Assembly: GCA_965602015.1 (NCBI GenBank)
Contig: OZ271918.1
Coordinates: 3,136,001-3,200,000, forward strand
From: Salinispira sp.
GTDB lineage: Bacteria; Spirochaetota; Spirochaetia; DSM-27196; Salinispiraceae
Direction of reading: 5' to 3'
Length of the DNA: 64,000 bases
This document shows positions 27,717-36,837 of this stretch, piece by piece. The position numbers were made by a program, and so were the translations under genes. Position 1 is the first letter of the stretch. Every line of letters starts with the position of its first letter. Under the pieces are notes generated by a model. The model was not told the DNA's origin. It saw only the letters and a program-made list of their open reading frames with translations, and ran no database searches.

Positions 27717-29162
27717 TTAGCGTTCTTCGCTCAAGCGCAGCACGATGCCGCTGTACTCCGGCAGATTCAGGCGGATGCGGCCCCGGCGGATTCGCACCTG
27801 GTCGAGAGAAGGTACTCCCGGGGCAACAGGGTCGCCGTTTTCATCGAGAAGGACCGAATGGGCCCATCGGTAGTTCCGGGCGAGGTCATCGGGCAGCTCG
27901 ATATCGAGCCGCCGGTCCTCTTCGGCATTGTTCAGCACCGTCACAAACACTTCATCGTCGCTGTACCGGGCAAAGGCATAGCTGCTCGAGCCGCGGTTGA
28001 CCACCCGGAAACCGCCGCTGGTGAGAGCCGGGTGATCGGCCCTTAGACCGTTGAGCCGGGTAACCATATCGAGGTAGAGGGGCTCGGCATCCCAGTCCAT
28101 CATCCGTCGGCCGGTATGCTCGGCACCGCCGTCCGCGGGAATTTCGGTTCCGTAGTACATCACCGGAATTCCCGTGTAGGTGAACAGGAACATAAGCCCC
28201 TGAGCCACCTTCTGGTCGCGATCCCGGCGCATCTGATTTATAAACCGGGGCACGTCGTGATTATCGATAAATGTCCCCATCAGGTCGTCGTTGGGATAAT
28301 TTTGCTTGGAGTTCAAGAGGGTCTGATTGAAGCGGGTGCCCGGTTCGCCATTCCGGATCATATCCCTTACAGCGAAGTACATGGGAAAATCCAGCATTCC
28401 GTGAATGCCCGCCCGCTGGTACCGGCCCAGATTGGCGGGATTGCCGTCAAACACCTCGCCAATGAGATAGAAATCCGGATATCGCTCCCTGATCGCCTGA
28501 GAATACTCAAGCCAGAAATCCGCGGGCACGTGCTTTACCGCATCGAGGCGGTACCCGTCTATCCCGGTCTGATCTATCCACCAAATGGACATATCGATGA
28601 GATACTGCCTTACTTCGGGATTATTGTGATTGAGGTCAGGGAGATTCTGGAGCCAATGATTCTCCACCTGGAACTGATCCCCATGGTCGTCGATATCCCT
28701 TCGGGGATTGAACCAGGTTTCCTTTAACTCATCATCCGCATACAGAACGCTCTGGATTCCTGTGTGGTTGATGGCCAGATCGGCAATGACCTTGATGCCC
28801 AGTTCATGGGCGCGATCGACCATGCTGCGAAGGCTTTCCATGTCGCCGAAGTGCTCTTCGACCGCATAATAATCCCGGGCACAGTACCCGTGATACCCGC
28901 CGGACTGATTATCGACCACCGAAGATATCCAGATAGCCGTGAATCCCATATCGGCAATGTAGGGCAGCTTTTCCTCGAGGCCGGCGAAGTCGCCGCCGTG
29001 ATATCCCGTCAGGTTGCGCAGATTTACCGTAAAATTATTGGTCTCATCGCCGTCGTAAAACCGGTCGGTGAATAAAAAATATACCGAATCCGCAGCGCTG
29101 AACTGCGCGGCCAACGAAGCCGTCATGAGCAACAGCAGCAGGGTGATGGCAGGTCGTTTCAT
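27717..29162 (-). CDS. Secreted GH13 alpha-amylase family glycosidase
   Basis: Signal peptide MKRPAITLLLLL..SLAA; DRFYDGD, GGDF.G, YHGY, GYRLDAVKH, GEV, FIDNHD catalytic motifs. Confidence 0.92.
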   Translation of the reverse strand: MKRPAITLLLLLMTASLAAQFSAADSVYFLFTDRFYDGDETNNFTVNLRNLTGYHGGDFAGLEEKLPYIADMGFTAIWISSVVDNQSGGYHGYCARDYYAVEEHFGDMESLRSMVDRAHELGIKVIADLAINHTGIQSVLYADDELKETWFNPRRDIDDHGDQFQVENHWLQNLPDLNHNNPEVRQYLIDMSIWWIDQTGIDGYRLDAVKHVPADFWLEYSQAIRERYPDFYLIGEVFDGNPANLGRYQRAGIHGMLDFPMYFAVRDMIRNGEPGTRFNQTLLNSKQNYPNDDLMGTFIDNHDVPRFINQMRRDRDQKVAQGLMFLFTYTGIPVMYYGTEIPADGGAEHTGRRMMDWDAEPLYLDMVTRLNGLRADHPALTSGGFRVVNRGSSSYAFARYSDDEVFVTVLNNAEEDRRLDIELPDDLARNYRWAHSVLLDENGDPVAPGVPSLDQVRIRRGRIRLNLPEYSGIVLRLSEER

Positions 29163-29509
29163 TATTTCTTTCCTCCGATGCGAAAAATCGGATCGAAATA
29201 CCGATCCATATCTATTCGCTTTGATAGCCATTTGACGAAAAAATGATAGAAAAAATAGGATGTAACCACTGAAATAAAGAATATTAGTATGACAGCAACC
29301 TGTCCCGCCGCCTGGGAAAATTGGGGCGCGAGGAAACTGCCGTACAGCATGGAGAGAAGAAGGAACACGGCGATCATGACCAGCAGGTTCACCAGTGTGG
29401 CGACGAGGACAAAAAGAACCGAATTGAGTTTCTTTTTTCCGTTCTTGACCCGGGTCTCCCGGGATTTCCGTTCCGGGCCTTGGCCGCTGCTGCCGGGATC
29501 CTGACTCAT
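29162..29509 (-). CDS. Hypothetical two-TM membrane protein
   Basis: Two hydrophobic helices; overlaps the lspA stop and the amylase start (translational coupling). Confidence 0.75.
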   Translation of the reverse strand: MSQDPGSSGQGPERKSRETRVKNGKKKLNSVLFVLVATLVNLLVMIAVFLLLSMLYGSFLAPQFSQAAGQVAVILIFFISVVTSYFFYHFFVKWLSKRIDMDRYFDPIFRIGGKK

Positions 29510-30048
29510 ACCTCTTCCGCCCCCGGCTTCTTATCGGAAGCCGATGTTCCTGATTCGCGTATCAGGGTAATCATGAGGAGTATTCCGCAGATAACCGTGG
29601 ACATGTCGGCTACATTAAATGTCGGCCAACGCTCGAGTCCGAATAGTCCGTAAAACTTGAAGTCGAGAAAATCGACCACTCCCAAGGGCCGGAAAATCCG
29701 ATCGAAAAACACATTTCCGATGCCCCCTCCGGCAATCCCCGCAAGCAGCCAGCGCTGGAGCTTCGACAGCTCGGATGATCGCACCAGGAAGATCACTACG
29801 CCGATAACGACGATTACCGGGATCACGATTAACACGATAATGCGCACCGCCTGGGGTGCCGAATCGCCGAGGCTGAAAGCCGCCCCCAGGTTGCGCACGT
29901 GGATGATGCGGAAAAAGTCCCCAAAGAACGATGCCCCGATGGAGTACAGGGGAATGGTTCTCAGGATAATCAGTTTCGTAATCTGATCGAGGATGACGAT
30001 GCCCGCAGTAAGCAGGAGCGGGGTAAAATGGTATTTTTTCTTGTCCAT
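29506..30048 (-). CDS. lspA: Lipoprotein signal peptidase II
   Basis: DQITK, N.GAAFS, GG.GN..DR, VVDF, WPTFNVAD. Confidence 0.96.
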   Translation of the reverse strand: MDKKKYHFTPLLLTAGIVILDQITKLIILRTIPLYSIGASFFGDFFRIIHVRNLGAAFSLGDSAPQAVRIIVLIVIPVIVVIGVVIFLVRSSELSKLQRWLLAGIAGGGIGNVFFDRIFRPLGVVDFLDFKFYGLFGLERWPTFNVADMSTVICGILLMITLIRESGTSASDKKPGAEEV

Positions 30049-30060
30049 GTATAATCCGTT

Positions 30061-30834
30061 TCAGAGACCGGTGGGAACGTCGATGAACTCCGCACCGACC
30101 GACTGTTCGGCACCGGGGCCCTCGAGAAAGCGCTGCATGAGCAGCTTCACCCCCCAGACCTCTGTGAGATAATGTCCGGCGAATATAACATTAATACCCG
30201 ATTCCAGACAACGATGGTATACCGTGTGTTCCGCGTCGCCGGTTATGAAGAGATCGATGCCCTGCTCAATTGCCTGATCCACCTCATAGGCCCCGCCTCC
30301 GGAAACAATCGCCACGGTCCTTACTTCCGGCGGACCGAAGGGGAGCGCCCTGATTATATTTCCGTCGATACCAAAAACATCCTGCTGAACTTCAAACAGC
30401 TCCCGGGCCCGGGGCAGCTCTCCTTTCACCCCGATGAACTTCTCCTTGTGTTCTCCGAAGGGTTCGAGATTTTCAAGGCCCATGCTGCGCGCAATGCCGT
30501 AATTGTTTCCAAGTTCCTGGTGGGCATCAAGAGGTAAATGAATGGCATACAGTGCCAGATCATGTTCCATGAGAAACCGTATGCGGTCGTAGTGATACCC
30601 GGTGAGCAGCTGCTCGCGCCCCCAGAACAATCCGTGGTGAACCACCAGGACGCCGGCGCCGATATCCGCGCAGCGGTAAAAAGTTTCCAGGCTGGCATCC
30701 ACGGCGAATGCGATTTTTTCCAGGGATTCTCTGCGGTGGGTCACCTGGAGTCCGTTGGCGCTGTTGTCTATTCTGGCGAAATCATCGATGGCGAGCTGGG
30801 AACGCATCCATGCATCCAGTTGGGTTATGGTCAT
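30061..30834 (-). CDS. Nif3-like dinuclear metal centre protein (YbgI/DUF34)
   Basis: NGLQV, VHHGLFW, HLPLDAH..GNN, SGGG, ITGD..H, GHY.TE. Confidence 0.93.
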   Translation of the reverse strand: MTITQLDAWMRSQLAIDDFARIDNSANGLQVTHRRESLEKIAFAVDASLETFYRCADIGAGVLVVHHGLFWGREQLLTGYHYDRIRFLMEHDLALYAIHLPLDAHQELGNNYGIARSMGLENLEPFGEHKEKFIGVKGELPRARELFEVQQDVFGIDGNIIRALPFGPPEVRTVAIVSGGGAYEVDQAIEQGIDLFITGDAEHTVYHRCLESGINVIFAGHYLTEVWGVKLLMQRFLEGPGAEQSVGAEFIDVPTGL

Positions 30835-30921
30835 ATCTGCTCCTCGGCTCCATGGTAGCACAAGTCCAAGGGTAATCACATGGACAGCGGTCAGCCTGGC
30901 GAATATACTGGGCGGTACAAC

Positions 30922-33420
30922 ATGGACAAATCAAACGCATTAGAACACTGCCGCCTTTCACCGGAGCAGGTGGTTTTTTCAATTTCATCTGACGATCTGA
31001 ATATCAAACCCCGGAAAGAGGCGAGCTTTGGGATCATCGGCCAGGAACGGGCAATTCAGGCCCTGCAAATGGCGATTTCCATCCCCTCCAAGGGCTACAA
31101 TATCTTCGCCAGCGGAGCGGCGGGTACCGGAAAACGCACAGCGGTGAACCACATTCTTGACGCCCAGACCCTGGACAGGGACCTGCTTAGGGACATTGCT
31201 TACGTTCACAACATGACCCGGGAAGACAGTCCCAGCGCCCTCTACTTCGCCCCCGGGCGGGCCCGGGCATTCAAGAAGCAGCTTCGGCACTTCGTCCTCA
31301 CCATTCGCGACCTCGCCCTGAGCATTAAAAACCGAAGCGGGTTCAAGGAAACCCGTGACCGGATAATCATGGACAGCGAGAGTCAGGAAAGCCAAATGCT
31401 CTTCGATTTTGAGGACCGGGTAGGCCAGGAAGGATTCACCATCGTCCAAATTGAGGAGGACGATCAGGAAAAAGCGGACCTCGCTCCGATGATCGACAAC
31501 AAACCTTCGGATTTTGACGAACTCCAAAAACTGGTGAACCAGGGCAGCATCAGCCAGGGGCATTACAAAGAGCTTCGGGAAAAGTACTTCCAGTACATGG
31601 ACGAGATGAAACAGGTACTGGCCAGAATCCGCAACTCCCGGATTCGCATAGGCAACGAGCTCGAATCCCTCCACGTGGAAATTCTCACCCCCGATGTTCT
31701 TCAGGGAATAGAGGAGCTCAAGCGGGATTTCTGTTCCCCGGATTTTTCCAGGGAGGAAGACCCCGATGTAAAAGAAGAGCAGGAGGCTATTTCCCGCCAC
31801 CTGGACCGGGTGGGCCGGGATCTCATTGCAAAAATTTCCATCATCATTAACGAGCCCAACGAAGAGGCATTCAAGGGAGAACTGGAGCTTTCGACCAGCC
31901 CGCTTCCCGAACCCCTGACCCGCTACGATGTGAATATCCTGATCGATCACAGCGACACCGCCAAGCCTCCGGTCATTGAAGAGGTCACACCTGACTACGC
32001 CAGGCTGTTCGGCAGCATCGATATCCCGTCGGAGGCTTCCGCCGGCGGCGAAAGCCCCTACGGTTTCCTGTTCCTGCGCCCTGGATCGATAATCCGGGCC
32101 AGCGGCGGATACCTCATCCTTCGGGCAGAAGACATTCTCATGGAAGAAGACTCGTACATCAGCCTCAAGCGCGTTCTTCAAAACGGCAAGACCGAAATAC
32201 GCAACCCGAGCCCCGGTCCTGGAATGAGCTCCCACGGCTACATCAAGCCCGACCCAATCAGGGTGAAACTCAAGGTCGTGGTGATGGGCAGGGAAGCCCT
32301 GTATGACGCCCTGTACCTGCAGGATGAGGACTTCCAGAAACTCTTCAAGGTTCCTGCGGAATTCGATTACGTCATGCCCAGGAACGAAAAAACCATGGGC
32401 GAATACATCAACTTTATCAACCTGGTGACCAACGGCGAACGGCTTCGCAGCGTCACTCCCTCAGGCGCCGCGGCTATCCTGGAATACGGCGTACGGCTGG
32501 CGGAATTCCGCGATCAGCTCTCAACCCAGTTCAGCCTGGTGGCTGATATCCTACGGGAATCCAACTACTGGGCCGGCGTGGAAGGCCGGAAGGTCATCGA
32601 CAGGGAAGCCATCGAGAAAGCCCTGAAAGAGCGGGCCTTCCTTCTCAACATGCCGGAGGAAAAAATCGATGAGCAAATTCGAAGCGGCGAACTGCTCATC
32701 CGCATTCACGGAAAGGAAGTCGGCCGGGTAAACGGGCTGGCAGTGCTTGACCGGGGATACTACAGCTTCGGCAGACCGACGGTAATCAGCGCCCAGGCTG
32801 TCCCTGGCAACGACGGGCTCATAAATGTGGAACGGGAGGCGGGCCTGAGCGGTGAGATCCACGACAAAGGATCCTACATCGTAGAGTCCTATGTTCACGC
32901 CCGATACGCCAGGAGCTTTCCCCTGGCGATGACAGCCCGGATTGCCTTCGAGCAGAGCTACGTAGAGGTTGAAGGAGACAGCGCCAGCTCAAGCGAGATT
33001 TTCTCCCTGCTTTCGGCAATCGGAAACATTCCCCTTCGACAGGATGTCGCAGTGACCGGCTCGGTCAATCAGATGGGCGAGATCCAGCCGGTTGGCGGCG
33101 TTATCGAAAAAATCGAGGGATTCTTCGAGGTCTGCCGCCAGCAGGGCCTGGACGGCCGCCAGGGGGTGGTAATACCCCATCAGAATATCGAAAGCCTTAT
33201 TCTGTCTCGGACGGTGAATGATGCGGTGTCCCGGGGCGATTTTCACATTTGGGCGATCAAGACCATCGACGAGGGAATGGAAATTCTCAGCGGCCTTCCT
33301 GCGGGAGAACGGGATGGCAGCGGAGCGTTTCCCGAGGGAAGCATAAACCGCATTGTTGAAGACCGGCTTCGGGAGATGGCGGAAATTATGAAAGACGGTC
33401 CGGACTCTGAAGAAGACTGA
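30922..33420 (+). CDS. LonC/LonB-like protease (AAA-like domain plus Lon proteolytic domain)
   Basis: IIGQERA, G..GTGK, A.GGYL, FQKLFKV.AEFD, G.VNGLAV, SG.IHDKG, FEQSY..VEGDSASS (Ser), EKIEGFF (Lys). Confidence 0.92.
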   Translation: MDKSNALEHCRLSPEQVVFSISSDDLNIKPRKEASFGIIGQERAIQALQMAISIPSKGYNIFASGAAGTGKRTAVNHILDAQTLDRDLLRDIAYVHNMTREDSPSALYFAPGRARAFKKQLRHFVLTIRDLALSIKNRSGFKETRDRIIMDSESQESQMLFDFEDRVGQEGFTIVQIEEDDQEKADLAPMIDNKPSDFDELQKLVNQGSISQGHYKELREKYFQYMDEMKQVLARIRNSRIRIGNELESLHVEILTPDVLQGIEELKRDFCSPDFSREEDPDVKEEQEAISRHLDRVGRDLIAKISIIINEPNEEAFKGELELSTSPLPEPLTRYDVNILIDHSDTAKPPVIEEVTPDYARLFGSIDIPSEASAGGESPYGFLFLRPGSIIRASGGYLILRAEDILMEEDSYISLKRVLQNGKTEIRNPSPGPGMSSHGYIKPDPIRVKLKVVVMGREALYDALYLQDEDFQKLFKVPAEFDYVMPRNEKTMGEYINFINLVTNGERLRSVTPSGAAAILEYGVRLAEFRDQLSTQFSLVADILRESNYWAGVEGRKVIDREAIEKALKERAFLLNMPEEKIDEQIRSGELLIRIHGKEVGRVNGLAVLDRGYYSFGRPTVISAQAVPGNDGLINVEREAGLSGEIHDKGSYIVESYVHARYARSFPLAMTARIAFEQSYVEVEGDSASSSEIFSLLSAIGNIPLRQDVAVTGSVNQMGEIQPVGGVIEKIEGFFEVCRQQGLDGRQGVVIPHQNIESLILSRTVNDAVSRGDFHIWAIKTIDEGMEILSGLPAGERDGSGAFPEGSINRIVEDRLREMAEIMKDGPDSEED

Positions 33421-33542
33421 AGATTATTCCAGCATATGCCGAAATACATAAAAACTATCCAAATTGAGAATTGCATTGCCTGCGAATCGATTTATACTAT
33501 AATGAGATAGCAGTCAAAAAGGTTTACACAGGTCCGGATTGT

Positions 33543-35021
33543 ATGAAAATAGACGCAGAAAAAGTACGCAAGGCAGCCCGCAGCTCAGTTCCGTTAACAG
33601 TAAAGACCTACACCCTCCCGAATGAAACGGAATTGCAGCTGGAAGAGATTCTTGAAGTATTTCTTCTTGAAATGGGCCAGGAAACCCTCAAGGATTCCCT
33701 GTTCTACTGCCTCCGCGAACTCGCAGTGAACGCAAAAAAGGCGAATACCAAGCGGGTGTACTTTCAGGAACTGGATCTGAACATCGACGACGAGCGGCAA
33801 TACCAGGAGGGCATGGAAAATTTCAAGCAGTCCACCCTGGATAATATTCAGTACTATTTAAAAAAGCAGAAGGACGCCGGTCTCTACGTAAAAATAATCT
33901 TTCACGCGAAAGCCGACAAACTCCATATTTACATTATCAACAACAGCGAAATGACCAGGAAAGAGCAGATGCGGGTATATGACCGCATCGCCCGCTCCCG
34001 GGCCTTCAACAGCATGGAAGAAGCTCTCGCCACCGTATTGGACGACAGCGAGGGAGCCGGCCTGGGAATCGTCATTCTGGTCCTGATGTTAAAAAAACTC
34101 GGGCTGGATGAGGATGCGTTCGATATCGATACCGAGGAGGGCGAAACCATCGCCCGCATATCGGTGCCCATGAGCGAGGTGCGCCTGGAGCAGATAGGCG
34201 AAATATCCGCAAAACTCACTCAGCACATCGACAGCCTTCCCCAGTTCCCGGAAAACATCGCCGCGCTTCAGGCGGAAATAAAAAATCCCGACGTGGAAAT
34301 GTCCGATATCGCCCGGAAAATCGCCACTGACCCGGCGCTCACCGCGGACCTGCTTAAGCTGGTCAACTCAGCCGCCTACATGCTGCCGAAACGGGTGGAC
34401 AATATAGGCGAGGCGGTGAAGCTCGTCGGGCTGCGAACCCTGGGCACAATGCTGTTCTCCTACGGCGCACAAAAAACCCTTGGTGAAGGCACCGAAGAAA
34501 CCAAGGGCCTGTGGATGCACAGTCACCGAACGGCATTTTACGCCTTCACCATCGGCCGCAGTATTCTAAAACGCAAGGATATCCTGGACGACGTGTACGT
34601 TGGCGGCATACTCCACGACATGGGTAAAATAGTCTTCAGTTCGGTGCACCCGGATCTCATCTCCAACATTCAAAGTTTTACCCAGCAGAAAGGAATACCC
34701 GCTCACCTCTTCGAGGACTTCTCTGCAGGTCTCAACCACGCCGAGCTGGGCGCCATGATCGCCGAAAAATGGAACTTCCCCGAAGTTCTCACCGAATCCA
34801 TCCGCTACCATCACGATCCGCACAGCGCGGACCGCAGTCATCAGGTCGTGGTGGACACCGTCTACCTCGCCAATGCCCTTGCGAATATCGATGAAAAAAC
34901 CCACGGCTATGAGCAAATAGACCCAACCGTCGTCGGCCGCTTCAATATTCCCAGCCTGGATCATCTCATGAGAATCCACGCCAAGCTCGGGCAAAAATTC
35001 GAGGAAGAGCGGACAATGTAA
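33543..35021 (+). CDS. HDOD domain protein with N-terminal HATPase/anti-sigma-kinase-like domain
   Basis: ELAVNAKKAN, GAGLG; HDOD LP.FP, DP.L.A.LLKLVNSA, GILHDMGK, HAELGA.IAE.WNFP, IRYHH. Confidence 0.88.
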   Translation: MKIDAEKVRKAARSSVPLTVKTYTLPNETELQLEEILEVFLLEMGQETLKDSLFYCLRELAVNAKKANTKRVYFQELDLNIDDERQYQEGMENFKQSTLDNIQYYLKKQKDAGLYVKIIFHAKADKLHIYIINNSEMTRKEQMRVYDRIARSRAFNSMEEALATVLDDSEGAGLGIVILVLMLKKLGLDEDAFDIDTEEGETIARISVPMSEVRLEQIGEISAKLTQHIDSLPQFPENIAALQAEIKNPDVEMSDIARKIATDPALTADLLKLVNSAAYMLPKRVDNIGEAVKLVGLRTLGTMLFSYGAQKTLGEGTEETKGLWMHSHRTAFYAFTIGRSILKRKDILDDVYVGGILHDMGKIVFSSVHPDLISNIQSFTQQKGIPAHLFEDFSAGLNHAELGAMIAEKWNFPEVLTESIRYHHDPHSADRSHQVVVDTVYLANALANIDEKTHGYEQIDPTVVGRFNIPSLDHLMRIHAKLGQKFEEERTM

Positions 35022-35077
35022 ACCCCGCCCGCTCAGCCCCGAGGGTCACTCCGCCGAAAAAAACCGGAGTTACTCAA

Positions 35078-35130
35078 TTGACAGCGACCATGTTATATAT
35101 TATTTTCTTAATATACAATAATAATTATAT
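35078..35130 (+). promoter_or_regulatory. Candidate sigma70 promoter and PerR/Fur-like box upstream of glutaredoxin-osmC
   Basis: TTGACA (35078-83), 17 bp, TATTTT; CAATAAT-A-ATTATAT at 35116-35130. Confidence 0.45.
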
Positions 35131-35144
35131 TGAGGAGAGCTTCC

Positions 35145-35375
35145 ATGGCGGTATCAATATACACTACCCCCAGCTGTACCTTTTGCGTAAAAGCCAAGCA
35201 GTGGCTTAGAGAAAACAGAATCAGCTATAAAGAATTCAACGTGGCAACCGACCAGAAAAAAGCCGATGAAATGGTAAGAAAATCAGGACAGATGGGCGTA
35301 CCGGTGCTGGACGTCCACGGCAAAATCATTGTCGGATTTGACCGCGACAAAATCAAGGCAGCCCTTCGACGGTAG
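35145..35375 (+). CDS. Glutaredoxin-like protein (NrdH/YruB family)
   Basis: IYTTPSCTFC, SGQMGVPV, IVGFD; SD GAGGAG. Confidence 0.93.
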   Translation: MAVSIYTTPSCTFCVKAKQWLRENRISYKEFNVATDQKKADEMVRKSGQMGVPVLDVHGKIIVGFDRDKIKAALRR

Positions 35376-35452
35376 ATGCCCCGGGCTGCGGTCGACGCTG
35401 CGCTTCGTCCCGGGGAAGCACAGCATAAAAGTGACGTAAATTGGAGGACAGC

Positions 35453-35908
35453 ATGGCAAAAAGTAACGCACAGTGGAAGGGCGGAATGGCCTTTGATATC
35501 GATCTTCAGAATCATACAATTCCCGTAGACGCCGTGGAGCAGTTCGGCGGCCGGGGATACGGCCCCCAGCCCAAGGGTTTGATGCTCAGTGCCCTGGCGG
35601 GGTGCACCGCCATGGACGTCACATCGCTGCTGGATAAAATGAAGGTTCCCTTCGAGGCATTCACCGTTGACGTTTCGGGAGAAATGGCCGACCAGCATCC
35701 CAAGGTCTATACCCGGGCAACTATCCGTTACGAATTCAGCGCAGACACTACAAGCTTTGCCGAAAAAAAGGTTCTTCGGGCCATTGACCTCTCGCTGAAC
35801 AGCTACTGCGGAATTGCAGCGACAATGAAGCACAGCACTGAAATCAGCTACGAACTGGTCCTCAACGGATCGGTCATCGCCAGCGGTAAGCAGGGCGACG
35901 AGACCTAA
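35453..35908 (+). CDS. OsmC family protein (YhfA-like)
   Basis: GG.G.GP.PK.L.L.AL.GCT.MDV, second Cys in SYCG; SD GGAGG. Confidence 0.9.
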   Translation: MAKSNAQWKGGMAFDIDLQNHTIPVDAVEQFGGRGYGPQPKGLMLSALAGCTAMDVTSLLDKMKVPFEAFTVDVSGEMADQHPKVYTRATIRYEFSADTTSFAEKKVLRAIDLSLNSYCGIAATMKHSTEISYELVLNGSVIASGKQGDET

Positions 35909-35980
35909 ACACTTGCCCTGTACAGCAGGCTTCTTTTTTTTACTTACTCAGTAAGTCGGATCCCGGCGGGCTGATTACTG

Positions 35981-36832
35981 TCAAGCGGCACCATGCCAAA
36001 CCGACAGAGCGATTCCGCAGGCCACAGAGACGTTGAGCGAGGCCTTGGTTCCGCCGCCGGTGATGCTGACGATGCCGTCCCGGCGCTCACCGAGAAACTC
36101 AAGCAGATCCGGGTGCACCCCCAGTTCCTCATTCCCCACAACAAGCCATCCCCGGTCCGGCAGCCCTGTCTGACAAAGCACCCAACCGCCGGTTTCCAGT
36201 GCCGCGCTCCATTCACCGCTTCCATCCACCGAAGCGATGAAATCAGAACGGCCCAGTACCCCCCAGGGAAGCCTTCCGCTGGCTCCCATGCTGGTCCGGT
36301 CCAGACGATTACTGCCGGGCTGAGGAGTCTCCGGCGAAACGATGATATACCTGATAGTAAAAAACTCCGCGCTCCGGAAAATTGCGCCGACATTGTAGGG
36401 CGAGCGGATGTCGTCGAGATACAAGCCCTTTTCACCCTGCCGCAGCGCGGGAAGCCGGGGCGGTTCCCCAAGACTGAGCCGGAACCTTCCCGGGTCCCCA
36501 GCTTCCCCGCCGGAGCCGGGGTTGTGGCGGTCCCAGTCGGCGGCTACCTTTCCCAGCTCCTCCATGAGAATGTGCCTCAGGCGGTTGGCGGCGAATGACG
36601 CATGGATGCTGTAACTTGCGCTTATCATTTTCGCCAGTTCTCCGGGTTCCACCAGGGCTGAATCCGCATCGCCGCGGGACAGCGCCACGTGGAGAGCGCT
36701 AAAAAACCGCCGATAGCTCTCTGCCTCAGCGCTGCCGGAACTCAGAGCGGCTTCGAAATCGCCGATGAGCCGCATGAGTTTTCGCTTTTGGGTTCCTTCG
36801 GGAAGTCCGAGGAATTTTTTAATGGTAATCAT
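35981..36832 (-). CDS. TrmH/SpoU family RNA methyltransferase
   Basis: LDDIRSPYNVGAIFRSA, VGNEELGV, SLNVSVA.GI. Confidence 0.9.
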   Translation of the reverse strand: MITIKKFLGLPEGTQKRKLMRLIGDFEAALSSGSAEAESYRRFFSALHVALSRGDADSALVEPGELAKMISASYSIHASFAANRLRHILMEELGKVAADWDRHNPGSGGEAGDPGRFRLSLGEPPRLPALRQGEKGLYLDDIRSPYNVGAIFRSAEFFTIRYIIVSPETPQPGSNRLDRTSMGASGRLPWGVLGRSDFIASVDGSGEWSAALETGGWVLCQTGLPDRGWLVVGNEELGVHPDLLEFLGERRDGIVSITGGGTKASLNVSVACGIALSVWHGAA

Positions 36833-36837
36833 GGTGT

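Noticed and set aside
30985..32235. 416-aa minus-strand ORF (and similar ones at 48284-49270, 59541-60485, 24499-25389)
   Set aside because: Antisense to well-supported genes, with no domain signatures
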